From: Bigelowiella natans CCMP2755
Lineage: Eukaryota; Protista; Cercozoa
Assembly (NCBI GenBank): GCA_000320545.1
Contig: ADNK01000535.1
Span: 1-36,211, forward strand
Length of the DNA: 36,211 nucleotides
Direction of reading: 5' to 3'
Under the pieces are notes generated by a model. The model saw nothing but the letters and a program-made list of their open reading frames with translations, was not told the DNA's origin and ran no database searches. A program made the position numbers and the translations under genes. Position 1 is the first letter of the stretch. Every line of letters starts with the position of its first letter. Positions 1 through 12,998 of this stretch are shown piece by piece.

Positions 1-109
1 TTGGGGCGTGCTGCTTAGCGTCTCAGTTTATAGTAAACCAAGTTCCAAAGGGAAACGTTGTATCAAGCGAGATAGATAGTGGGTAGAGACTATTCAGTCT
101 ACAAACTCT

Positions 110-145
<36 letters not shown>

Positions 146-3100
146 CGGATGTGATCCAAAGAATTAAGGGTGACACCTGAATTGGATGTTTTCCCCTCCC
201 AAAATTTTGCAACTTTTCTGCTTTTCTCATTGTTCCCCCCCCCTCCCCCCCCTCCCCTTCCCTTCGATCGCGGCCATGTAATGTGGCCACGGTGCAGATC
301 AGAAAGCAACATGTTTGAGTGCGACGAGTGCGACCGCGAAGCACTTTCACCGTGGGCGTCGTTGATCCTGTCGCTGCTGGCTGCCGTATTGCTCCAAGGA
401 GCGCTCGCGTATAGCGGAGTGCTTGAATCTGAGAGAGAGATGGGGGGGGGGCGACACCGATTCGTAGGAGAGGTCCTTCCTCCTTATGATGACGCCTCTG
501 TGTTCCTCAAGATTACCCTCAGCGCCCTTCAGGTAGCAATAGCGTCACGGTGTTGTTGTTGTTGTTGTTGTTGATATTGTTGTTGTTGTTGTTGACTTGT
601 CACGAATATAGTTAGAATCTCCTCCTCGTTCTTTTCTGAGTGCTGCTATAACTACATTGAGCTCACTGTTGCTCCTGCTATCGTTGCTCTCCCCTCCTCT
701 CTCCAGCTGACGTCAATGGCCCGTCTGTTTCGATACGACTGGGGTTCGGCATCGTCTTCATCATCGGCGGCGATCGTGGTTTTAACTGTGGAGGGCGTGC
801 TGGGATTTCCTCTCAGTCTGGTACCAAGGAGCCTCAACTGTGCTTTGCAGCAGCACGATTGGGTAACGCTAGCTGTCAATCTTTGCTGTGTAAGTAGCTT
901 CTAGGTAGCAGCAGTTGTTGCTGTTGTGCTAGTTGCCGCAGGAGAGGCTTTGGGAGTCTTCTGAACCAAAGTGTAGGACCGATGCGTAAAAATGTTTGCG
1001 CGTGCATCATGTGCATGTAGAGAGAAGAAGAGAGTGGGGGAGAGAATGAGATAGCTAGCGTATTGACCACACCCCCCCCCCCCTCCTCGACAGCCGGAAG
1101 ACTACGTGAGCTCGGTAGCCTCCCTATGCTTGCTGCTGGTTGTGTCGCCGCTGCTATCGTTCCTCCTCGTGCATCTATGCTCTCTGCGTCACGCAAATGC
1201 GGACGAAGGCGACGCCCACGTCTACAAGAGGAAGAAGACTAAAGAAGAAGGAAGGAAGAGCGGCTCGATCGCCAAGGACGACGATGATCCTTACAATTAC
1301 TACCGGTGGTGGCAGAAGAAGGGGCGCTTTCTCACCCCGAGTCTTTTCTGCCGGGGGAACCACCAGAGGAACAGCAGCACAGGGGCCGTCGCGGGAGGGG
1401 GTGTGCAGCATGGGCAATGTCTGCAGCAGCGGGAGCCGGAAGGGGGCGGCGAGGAATCCGAAGACAGCGTAAAGATCATCCCGTGTGGCGGAGGCGGCGG
1501 CGACGACGACGACGCATCTAACGAATTTTATTATGAAGATAGAAAGAGGAAGGGCAGTACGAGTCTCACCAGCACGGATGATAGCAAGCGGTCTTCAGGG
1601 GCAAGGGGGTCAGCGCCTCCTGCTGCTAGCCGCTCCACGGTGAGATCTTCTGGCCGCCGTTCGTCGAGACCGCTGCAACCGCTGGTCGGTCGCCGACTGC
1701 GGAGTAGGAACACAGGCGAGCATCTCATATCCGTGAGGGGAATAAAGAAGGAGGAGGAGGAGGAGGAGAAGGGCAAAGGCGCACCTGCGGAAGACATGAA
1801 GAAGCGAAAAGGCGGCTACAAAGTAGAAGCTGTTTCGCTTTTCTCCTCCCTCCCCCCTAACCCTCCTTCTATCTCTCTCTTTCTCTCTATCTACCTCTGT
1901 CTCTTTCCCATGCCACATCCTTCATGTTGTTCAACCCGACATTATGCCTTTTGTGAGCACGACAACACGCCCTCATTCCGTGTTACAATCAAGGAGGAGC
2001 AGATGATCAGCAGGATGATGGTCGAGCTCAAGCGGCACTTGATCCGAAAAGAGCTTATAGCAGCTTGTCTGGCGATTATCTTCCTGATGTACCCGTGGCA
2101 CGCCCTCTACAGCTTCATGGTAGTTGTTTGCTAGCACAGCTACTCATCGTGCAAGTGTTGAAACGTGCTTATTTCTGCAAACACGTACGCACATATCTAC
2201 TCCACCCCCCTCCCCCCCGCTCCTGCCGATCTACAACATCTCTTCTGGTCACTTTGCTACTCTCCCGCCCTCCTCCCTCTTGCCGTCGTCAATGTTTTTT
2301 TTTTTTTTTTACGTTTGTCTTCTCTCGCTAGTTGCTGCGGTGCGAGTCTCCGGTCGAAGGATTGCCTCATCCAGTGCTTCAGCATGACATGGGCGTGCGC
2401 TGCTGGTCGAGAGAGCATGTTCTCATGGTCGCGCTGGTGGCAGTGCCGACGCTTGTTGTCTTCGTCGTTGGCGTTCCAGCCGGCGCCTTTAGCGCATTGT
2501 GTCCCCTGCGAAGATCGCCGGTGCTCCGATCGACACGCGCGCAGCGGAAGCTCGAGCTGGACGAGAACAGTCAGCAGAAAAAAGAAGGGATCTCACTGCT
2601 AAGAATGCGTCATCGCTCCCCTCCTCCTCGCCGCAACCCTGCTGTTCCCCTCTCTCCGTCTGACACGGCGAGGAAGGGGAAGAAGGCGGTGACATCGATG
2701 ATGGCGATGATGACGATGATGCGGACGTCGAACCCAGTGGCTGCTGCAGTTGCTCGGGGAGCGCCAGCGACAACCACCGACGGCGTTGTGGTAATATAAC
2801 GTGATGTTTTGTCTGCCTTATGTGGTTAACTTTTAGCTAACTGCTCCTCCTCCTGCCGGCCTGCACTTCTTCCCCCCCTCCCGCCTCGGCTCTTCCTTTT
2901 TGGTGCCTGAAGATGTATTTGATCGACAATTTGACAATTGTTTTCATTGCTGCTGCTGTTGTTGTTGTTGTTGTTGTTGTATGACTACATCTGGTAGGAG
3001 CTGTTCATGCAGCGGCTGGGTGCGATGGGGAGGCATCTGCTTTACCACGGCTATAGGCCTTCGTGCTGGCCATACGAGATCTTGGTCCTAGCACGCAAGC

Positions 3101-3345
3101 TTGCAATGCTGCTCATCGTCGTCTTCGTTCCATCCCAGGCCTCTCAGAACCGCGCAGCGCTCCTCCTCACCGTCATTTGCATCGTGGTAGGCTACACCAG
3201 CGTGCTACTAGTGATTGTTACTATCACCATAGTTGTTATCTGTAGTAGTTGTAGTAGTAGTAGTAGTAAGAGGAGAAGGGGTGGGATGGCTTTTGCTTGT
3301 GTGTGTCGTGCAGTGAGAGGGTGTATTAATGACGACGACGATGAC

Positions 3346-3378
<33 letters not shown>

Positions 3379-5455
3379 AATATCAACGATGGGCACAACA
3401 ACGTCATAGCCTGTTGGCATCGGCAGGTCGAAACTGTAGCTTGGTCAGCATCGTCGTCGTTGTCGTAGTTGTCGTCGTATCATCTGCGCACACCCCAACG
3501 TCCTCAATGACACACCATTCGTCATCATCGATAATCTCGCTAGATCCATCTCACGGTGCGGCCATTCGAGAATCCCCGCTGCAACTACCTCGAGGCGGCG
3601 TTGTTGGGGCTGACGTTTGCCACGCACTTCATGGCATCCTTTCTCCTGACGGCTGCGGAGAGCTCCGGTGGCCAGGGGCAGGAGGTTGTGTCGTCTTGCG
3701 TGGCCGCACTGAACTCACTGGGGTTTGGGATCGCGACAGCCATTGTGCTCTGGAAGATGGCCGAGAGCGCGAAGAGGAGGCGCAGTGGAGAGACGAACAA
3801 TGTCATGCGGACCGGTGGGCAGATCCTTCGACACGTCGCCTTTTGCCTTAGCAGCCGTAACATGAGGATGAGAAGGAGGCTGCTGCAACACTCTCGAGAG
3901 TGGCGATCACTTCATTATCGCTATAACAGCAACCACGGCGGCCAGAGATTGCACCAGCAGCAGCAGGAGGAGGAGGAGGGCGACGACGACGGAAAGGGGC
4001 TACAGGATGGGAGATACGAACAAAAGGGACCTCTCCCTACCTCTACCATTGAGCTTGTGCAGGTTGGTGTGTCAGAAATGTCGAAGCGGTACATTATGAT
4101 TTATGTCTTCATCTATCAGCATCATCTCATTGTTGTCGTCGTCGGCATCATGATGATCATCATTCCCTCCTCTACCCATCGTGTCGTGAGATTCACATCT
4201 CTCAGCGGTGATAACGATGTGTGGTGCTCAGGTGGAAGGATTCGACATGAAGAAGGAGGGAAATCGCGAATCCGAGACAACCACCACCACGTCAGTAGCT
4301 TTTCCCAAAGATGCAGGAAGAAGAAGCAACAACCCACCCACCCCCAACGACAGAGAATACCGACCCAACTTACAGCACCAGCAAGCATCGAAAATGCCAG
4401 TCATTGGCTATCCCAAATCATCTTCCTCGACTAGCATGATGAAGCACGGCAGCAACAGCCGCCACCATCCGCCTAGAGGGGGAGATGGAGAAGATGATGA
4501 TGATGACGACGACGAAAAACGACAGGGAGGTGCCGATTCGAAGAGGGGGGGGGAGAGAAAGTTACTTCGATTATGCAGGCCTGCTCTGTATGGCGAAGGT
4601 GACAATGCACGCTCGTCGCATCATATTCGTGATGGAGGCGGCATCGACGACGCTCAATGGCAAGCGCGCTGTGAGCAGGATTTGGTGCACCACGTCGAAT
4701 CAGGCCGCCCTTCAAGTGACAGCTCGACCAGTCGGCAGCAGCAACAGCAGAGTGGAGATAGCAGAGGGAGCAGGGCCCGTGCTGAGAACGATAGTGGTGA
4801 TGAGAATGCTCATGGAGACGATGGGGATGGTAAAGACAGGAAGGTGGTCAAAGAAGAGCGAGAAGAGGTTGCGGATGGGTCACAACCGCTCTTCATACCT
4901 TCTTTGAGGCTAGCAGAGATGAAGGTGGAAGAGTGGATGCAGGCACACCAGGGTCAGCAGCAGCCAAGGCTAGTGCGCGCTGTTCTCCCCTCACACGACA
5001 TCTCCCCAAAGGATGGAGGCAACTTGTACGCTGATACCCCTCCCCCTCCCCCTACCCCTTCATTTCCCCCTCCTGGCAGTGAAGCTGGTGCGGATGCGGA
5101 TCCTGCTGCTTCTTCTCTTCGCCGACAGGCAAGTAGCATCAACAGAGAGCGGAAAGGAGGGGAGGGGGCATTGATAGGACAGCAGCATGCCAAAGGAGGG
5201 GACCTTCTTTGCACGCCCTTGCCATCCATTGAAGAAGCTCCACATAGAAGCGTCGAGTCGTCGAAGAGCTCAACCTTCTACTTGTCGCCGTACAGTCACA
5301 GCTCGATAAGTCCTCCTTCGTCGTCGCTTTACAGGGCGTCTTCTGTGGCCTCCGCGAGTAGTAATTGTATTAATAGAAGTTCCAACAAGGATGGCAGTTT
5401 AAAAAAAAAGGTGAGGTTCTCGGAGGAGGCTGTCGTCATCATCCACGATCCTTAA
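1..5455 (+). CDS. Multi-exon polytopic membrane protein of the protist TRP-like/large-ectodomain transmembrane class, C-terminal part only (5' end lies outside the window)
   Basis: Spliced segments read FLKITLSALQ, LRCESPVEG...LQHDMGVRCWSREH...VFVVGVPAG, LLYHGYRPSCWPYEILVLARKLAMLLIVVF and RPFENPRCNYLEAALL. This is the typical motif order (LY.GY...W.E...RK; PF...N.LE) of this membrane domain. A long disordered tail ends at TAA 5453-5455. Confidence 0.75.
112..141. repeat. (TA)n microsatellite
   Basis: Directly visible. Similar tracts at about 13845, 16047, 29420, 33056 and 34212. Confidence 0.95.
3328..3376. repeat. (GAC/GAT)n intronic microsatellite
   Basis: Directly visible. Similar tracts at about 9246, 9994 and 15779. 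Confidence 0.9.
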
Positions 5456-6374
5456 GTCAGGAACAGACGGGGAAGCAGCAGCTCTCCTTTCCCTCCATCT
5501 TTCTCTTTGTCTTTTGGAAAGTTCAGCTAGTTTCTCATATGGCAATGTACTATAGTGCGCAATCTAGCAATGGCAAAAAGCAACGGCCGCTCCGGGCGTG
5601 CAATTAATGATCGTTTTTCTCAACTTGTAAGCAATGACGCACGCATCAAGACATTAGTAATTAAGAATATGAGACGGATACAATGAATTGATTACTTTTT
5701 TCAATTGTCATCCTAATGTAGTGTGCAAAGCTAGAAAGCTGCGCTAGCTGCGGTTGCAGTCTGGCAGTGCTCATGTTTTAGTGTTCTAGTATAAGTGTTG
5801 CAAGACCGATCTAGCGATGTAATGAATCAAATTAAATTCGTTCAATCTAGCAATGGTCATCCTCATGTGTACTAGTGTAGCTGTGCAATGCCAGAATGCA
5901 GCGCTAGCTAGCTAGAGTGCTAGAGTGGCTCATGTTGTATCTGTTAGTTTTTGCAGTTATGCTAGTATGTCTTAAGTAGATAACGTGACATGCTAGCATG
6001 CTAGCATGCTAGCATGACCTTCTAGCTAGCTAGCCTTCATTGCTAGCTAGCTAGATTGGGAAAGACACATATGTCTAGCTAGCTAGATGTCTAGATGTCT
6101 CTAGCTAGCTAGCTAGCTAGATCTCTAGATATAGATTTAGATTTAGATTTAGATCTTGCTAGTTTGAGATTGCAGCATTCTAGCATTGCTAGATTGCTAG
6201 ATTGTGAATGTAATCTAGCTAGCTAGCAACGCCTGGATGCATCAGTAATAGAGCTGGCTAGCTGGAGCCCGTTATTTATCTAGCTGTGTCGAACTAATAG
6301 AGAGCATACCTCTACTAGTCTAGCTAGCTAGCTGCTAGTCTAGCTAGCTAGTAGTACCTAGATACTACACTACG
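5456..6374. repeat. Convergent (tail-to-tail) spacer 1, dense in CTAG/CATG palindromes, with (CTAG)n, (CTAGCATG)n and (TAGATT)n runs
   Basis: About 50 CTAG by hand count in about 920 nt. Examples: (CTAG)5 at 6101-6120 and a CTAGCATG triplet at about 5993-6016. Confidence 0.9.
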
Positions 6375-7550
6375 CTATGGTGAGCAGAACTCTGCCCGGC
6401 AGTCGCATTCGCATGGACTGTCATATTGAATTGACTCGCGAGCCATCTGTTCACATGTAGATGAGGCATATCTTCGTCAAGATTCTCTCAATATTAGTAT
6501 ATATTCTTTTGTGGTGGTGTATCTAGCTAGCTAGGTATGTTTAACCGTCTTGTTGTACTAACCTGCGAAACCGTGCACGGTTGGCAGCAGAAGGCACAGC
6601 ATATATCTTCAAGCTGAGATCCTTCATAGAACTTCCTCTGGCGAAAACTGAAACATATGCAAATTTGAGGAAAGTTAGGTCGTTGAAAGTCAGGACCGCT
6701 AGACCGCCTTACTTAAGTCGTAGAGAAGCCAGCATCCAAACCCTTCCAATCTGTGTATACCATGTATGGGAAGTGCCAGGATTCATTTTAGTCATCCATC
6801 ATCCGGATTATTTCTAAAGAGAGTTGCGTTCATACCGTCCCGAACAGAAAGAATAGAAAAGTGATGACGGTGCTCGGGGAGAATGCGGCGAAGACGTTGA
6901 AGGTGAAGAATAAGCAACAGTTTCCCCAGTAATCTGCAGGAATGGGGAGGCCTGTCACGACAACTTGCCAATGCGATAAGAAACGTTATTACTTCTTCCG
7001 GGGCAGCTCTCAATATCCTCGTGCGCTTTAATCCGGGCAAATTGGAAGCACGGACAGAAGAACCCCATCAGGCAACTGAGGAGAGCACACGAGAAATCAG
7101 GGAAGAGAAGCAAAAACCCGCTGTAGCTGAACACTTACGATGGTGCACATTGCGCGAAGCAGTCACATATTCCAGTTGTCCACCACGGTCTTCGATCACC
7201 GGGTCCAAGGACTACCTGCCCGCCTCCAGGAGGAGCAACGCCTGGAGGCGCGACAGGGGTTGCCATCACCACGCCTCCATTGTTGTTGTTGTTGTCTTCG
7301 AATGGGTCGGGAAAAAGCAAACACAATTCAAAGCAATTTGTAAGAGAGTGTATCGTCTTTACATATGCACAAAATGTTCGCAAGGGTGGCTGGTTTTTGC
7401 CCTACATGTTTGGGGGACTGCGACTGCCTGCGCCGGCACGGGCTGCGCGTACTGGATGTGCTGAGCAGGCATCGGCTGTTGGGTGTGCACCGGCTGTGCC
7501 GTCGTTTGATCAGCAGTCTCCAGCTCAGTCAAGGGCATGTGACGATCCAT
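6375..7550 (-). CDS. PLAC8 (DUF614/cornifelin-like) family Cys-rich membrane protein, about 7 exons
   Basis: Manual GT-AG splicing gives WWTTGICDCFAQCAPSCLMGFFCPCFQFARIK...LRLNFRQRKFYEGSQLEDICCAFCCQPCTVSQMARE, containing both PLAC8 signature halves. The N-terminus is P/Q-rich. Stop TAG at 6375-6377. Confidence 0.88.
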
Positions 7551-8079
7551 TGTTGAAACCTAACGATAAGTGATGAAAAGGTTCGTAGGGCAGAGAGAAC
7601 ATCTAGAGGTGTTCTGTTTCTGAGTGTTGCCATGGCAAAACACCCACACATACTCGCACACATGATCGCAGGGACGCATGCACATGCAACATGCAACACA
7701 GGTGCAAAGTACAGTTGGAAGGAAGAACGGATGGGGAGCGGAGATACGGATTAGATAGAGATATGGTTTTGATAAGATACCTCTGAGATACGACTCAATC
7801 CCAGTAGCAAAAGGCTGGAGCGACACGAAAATTACGATGTCTCTCGCTACAAGAATGTTTTTTCCCGCAAAGAATATTGCAACATAAACAACATCCTCCC
7901 CGTGAAGTTGGCTTACTTTAGTACAAATTTCCTACGCAGACGCATTTCCAAGAGGACGCAAATATCCTTGTCGCATGTAAATAATTGTCGGGGATTTATT
8001 TGAAAAATCTATCCGAATCTAATTTTGGTGAATCTGCACTTCAACACCAAGAGGGCAGCGACGAAGACGACGGCGGGGG
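7551..8079. promoter_or_regulatory. Head-to-head spacer, putative bidirectional promoter (PLAC8 / Rab3GAP)
   Basis: About 530 nt between divergent ATGs, with an A/T-tract core at about 7830-8040. Function is inferred from position only. Confidence 0.5.
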
Positions 8080-9134
8080 ATGTCCCTCACGCCAGCTCGC
8101 CCTCTCATGAAAGCGGGGGAAGAGGACCGGACGGAATTTGACGTGTTTGAGATCACTGATTTTACATGTGCAACTTCATGGGAGCGGTCGGTGGCAAGGG
8201 TGGAGGAACAGCTAAGGGAATGGGGCCTCGCCGATGGCCGCCTCGGAAATTGTGCTTCTTCCGCGGCGACTGCTAAGCAGACTGATGGTTTTCATAGCAT
8301 GCTCCAGGCCTCAGTAGAGGCCGTTTGGCCTCCGAGCAAGGCGGATTCAAAGAAGATGCAATACATTTTGACGTACCACTTTGACCGGAAGAAACCATTC
8401 GAGCATGGCGGGAATAGCAGAGATTTTGATCACAAATCATCCTCTTCTTCTTCAACAACGGATACTAGCTCGAGGGTGCGAAGGCGCGTTTCATGGTCGG
8501 GCGAGCGGGTTTTCCAGGAGCTAGAGTCTCGAGTAAACGCAGCCGTAAGGTAGAGAGAAGAAAGACAGATGAGGAAAATAAAAGATTATGATGAATAAGA
8601 ATATACTCTCCGGGAATCAAAAATGTTACATGCTGTTGTTTTGAAACCAAGAGCCTATAAAAACTCAATGATCGACGTTACGAAAGGCATCCGATATCTC
8701 GAGCGTTTGGACTGCGGCATTTTCTCACTCTTTGCCCGGAGGGTCACCATGAGAGAGAGGTGCAGTCGTCGTGACGTCCAGCGACTTACTTGTTTGCTTC
8801 AATCATAAAATAGTAGAAGCCCAATCTTGTCCGTCTTCTTATCCACCACCTTACTACCTCGCATCCTCATTCTCCATCGTCCACCCATTCCTTATCCATC
8901 CTCCTCTCTTCGTAGGTTGGAGATAACGAAGCTCGCTTTCTTCTGGGCACCTTGATGCTTGCCTGCGACAACTGCGCGTGTATGTGCATGTGCGTGAGTG
9001 CGAGTGATGTGTGTTGTGTAAGTAGTGCTTATCGTCGGTGGGTCGGTGGTCGACGAGGATGAGCATGCAATGCTCATGCTCTCATACTGTCGCTTGGAAA
9101 CAACACAATCAATTGAAAATTCGGCCCTGCAACT

Positions 9135-9185
<51 letters not shown>

Positions 9186-9367
9186 GTTTACACACGTTTT
9201 GGAGAGACATTCTCTCGCTAAACACTGAATGATGATGTGGGTACTGATGATGATGATGATGATGATGATGACGAATGGCTGTTCAGGCTTCCTCCCAGGA
9301 TTCGCTGCGATAGGATTGGCGTCCGACAGGACTTTCTCAGGACAGCTTGTAACTAGTCATAGTAGTG

Positions 9368-9413
<46 letters not shown>

Positions 9414-12400
9414 CAATTATAAACGAAGACGGTGACGACAACGATGAACGATGATAGCAGGAGCAACAAGAGGAGGAGGGGGAGCGCCTATCACACTGCT
9501 TTCTATATCTCACAAATGCGGTCGCGACCCTGCAGCATGAGAACATCACCATCTCCTCCATCCCTCCCCTCCCCCCTTTCCTTGTGGTTTTTGTCCAACG
9601 AAACAGACGTGCAAGTCACCTCTTCGGTTCCACATGGAGGCTTTTTCGAGAGCCGAGGTCATCGTCATCGTCGCTGTCGTCATCACATTAGTAGTGGTGG
9701 TAGTAGTTGTAGTAGTAGTAGTAGTTCTATCCTTCTTTTCTCTAAAATGCGATGACTTGACATGGTATTACGATCCTTCTTCACATCATCAACCTTGATG
9801 AGAGTCAAAGATCTGGGGTCGGGTAGTGGTGTGCTCACTCACTCATGACGGGGTTTCTTGATATGCTATTCAGCTCCCGAAAGACCTTCAATATCTTAAC
9901 GGAATCTCTACCCACCTCAAGTAGTAGTCGTCGTTGTAGTAGTAGTGGTCGTTGTAGTGGAAGAGGTGACCTGAAGTATATGATGATGTTGTTGATGATG
10001 ATGATGATGATGACGACGACGATAATGATGATGATGTTGTTGTTGTTGTGGTCGTGGTAGCAGCGCATTGATCAATAGGTAGAAACAGAGCCATCACCAT
10101 ATATCATCACACACACACACACACAAATACACACATATACACACATCGTATTCACGCATTGTGCCCCATCCCGAACCAAAAGGCGTCGGAGGCGTCGAAT
10201 TGATAACAAGAAGCGGAAGAAGAAGAAGAGGCAGCAACGTGGCAGATCAATGGTGACAGTCACAGCGACGTACGTCCGAAATAGCACGGAATGGGACGAT
10301 TGCTGGTAGTAGTTGTAGTAGTAGAGCGATGAAAGGGCATCCCTCGCGTCAACTGCCGTCATCACATGCTACTCACAAAACCTCCATGCACGCGATCTTG
10401 TGTCAATTTCTTTCCTAGCCGCCCCATCCAAATCTGATAGCTTGGGAACAAAGATTCAAACACACAAATATTAGCACTCGGCAAGAGCGGTGTTCCTTGA
10501 GAGAACCTGTGCTAAGTCTCTGTCCGTCGTTTTTTTTTTCCTTTTACTTTGAAATGCCTCCATCGATACACAGCTCGGAAATCGCTGCTGCTGAAGCGGG
10601 TGCCTCCTCCTCATCATCCTCGTCCGTTGCGGCAACGACCTCGCAATCGGCGGTCCCCTCCTCCTCTTCCTCTCCATCCTCATCGTCCTTGCGGTGCAGC
10701 TGGAGGCAGGTGGAGAGCGCGGATAGGAAGTTCTTTGGGGCGTTCTGGGGGCCCATCTGCGACCCTCTGAAGAGCATCAGGTTGCGCACTTCATGGCCAC
10801 GATTTCCAGAGGGCTCTTTCTCAGAGTCGGCACGGCTTACGGAGCTGCGAGCGGCGGATGCCCCTGAGTGGTGGCTCGAGACCGTGTGGAGGAGGGGGGG
10901 GTCGACAACAGCGACTGTATCGCAGCCTTCCTCCTCCTCCTCCTCCTCCTCCTCCTCTTCTAGTCCGATAAGGTGCGAAGATCCAGGTGCCACCGCTGCA
11001 CTACGATGCCTGCTTGAGACCTACCTCCAAGCGTGTGAGTTCCCGAGTCTGGACGTCCTGATGATGGGGGATGGGCTCGCGCTGGCAGCTGCTACTCCTG
11101 CTGCTTACTCGCCAGGCCCCCCCCGGTTGGAGAAGAGCAACTCGAAGAAGGATGGTCACCGACGGAGCCTTGACCGACGGCGGAGTGACGCTGACCTCCC
11201 GTTCGTTGCCACGAGGCTCGATGGGGTGTGGAGGGTAATGCCGGCAGGTTATTACATCCGTTTGGACGTCATGGTGCCGGCAAAGGAGGACGAGAAAGAA
11301 AGAGGGGGGCGGGGTGGGGAAAAGCCGTCTTCTTCCTCCTCCTCCTCCTCCTCCTCCTCCTCCTCCTCGTCGCCAACTACGCTCACTGGGGAGAATTTGA
11401 CGCAGCTCGGCGGCTGGGAGGCGCAGATATCGGGAAGCTATGATATGAATAAGGGCCTCGTTCGCTTTGTCCAACTAGCAACAGGACCGAATGGTGATAG
11501 CCAGTGTGTCATATTGCTACTACTGCTGCTGATGATGATAATGATGGCAATGATGATGCCTACGGCTCAGAAGAAGCACAACCCATTAATCAGTTGTTGG
11601 TTGCTTAACAATCAGTGAAGGAAAACGAGTACATCGCTGAGTGCGTGGCGAGATTCGACGGCGTTCGGATGTACGAGGGCACATGGAGAGACAGTTACGG
11701 GAAAAGGTGGTTGTGCGTATTGTAGTACTACTAGTAGTAGTAGTAGTAATAGTAGTAGTAATCGAATCACTCGTAATGTTTTCAAGAAAAGCTAGTCATG
11801 TCGTGCGAAAGACATCAACCCCAGCCGGTGTGACGGCTCGGCTTTATATATATTTGTAATAAGTTGTGGAAAGGGGAACGAGCGCCAGCTTGTTGCCCCC
11901 TCCTTGCCGATGCTCATCTATCTTGCTGCGCGGCGCTAATGATGGCCTTGATTCTCAAAATCAGAGGACGGTTTTGGTGCGTGAAGCAAGACTACACCCT
12001 CCTCGATGATGAGCATATCGTCGTCAATGACAGCGACCAAAGGGGTGGAGTAAAGGAGCAGGAGGCAAAGGGGAGGCATGGGGACGATGATGATGGTGAG
12101 AATGGTGATGATAAGCATACATCCCAGAGCCAGCAGCAGCAGCAGCAGCAGCAACATCCTCGCCGACGTCATCGTCATTATCATGAACCCACTGGACCTT
12201 CCCGTTCTTCCCACCACGATGAGGATAATAGAGAAAAAGAAGAAGAAGAAGAAGAAGAAGAAGAAGAAGAAGGCGAAAATAAGCACGATAACCATCATGG
12301 CAGCAGCACCGACACTGGGCGTCGCTTTTCCTTCTACGATGACGGTAAGCAAGGCCCCGTCCCTTACGACTCCGTTCTCTCGCGGCTATCGATGCAGCTT

Positions 12401-12955
12401 GAAGCGCTCTCCGGCCATGCCGTGCACTTGGCTAGGGAGAAACGGCGGGAAGGGGAGGGGGAGGGGGCGAGCTACGCAGAGGGAGACGAGTTCCGGCAAA
12501 ACAAGGGGCTCACGGTGATGATGTTGATATTGATGATGATGATAGTGATGATGATAATATTATTCGCACTTTTATCATTTTTACTTGAACAACCGCAAAT
12601 ACTCATTATGACCGCATCAGAAGCAGTAGTGTCGTTAATATCCTCCGCTCCCCCCCTCCCCCCCCCCAACTACATCTAACCGCAATTCATCACACCTCGT
12701 ACAACAAACCGTCCAGAGAGTGGTGGAGATGTGGAGGGAGACTGTGAAGCAGCTTCGTTGGACGTGGGAGATGAAGGTGCGAGGATGATGTGATGAGGCG
12801 TGGCCATGTATGCGTGCCCATGCGCTTCTGTTCCTCGCGCTTGAAAAAGCCACTGCGAGCGACGATGACAGGAAGAAAGAGAGGGAGGGGGGAGGGGGGG
12901 AGGGGGATTTCCATTGAGTAAAATTCTACAGGTCATCATCACTAATCTTTTCCTT

Positions 12956-12998
<43 letters not shown>

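Noticed and set aside
5880-6362. CRISPR array or MITE/transposon
   Set aside because: No constant repeat-spacer period, no terminal inverted repeats or target-site duplication distinct from the tetramer arrays, and no transposase.
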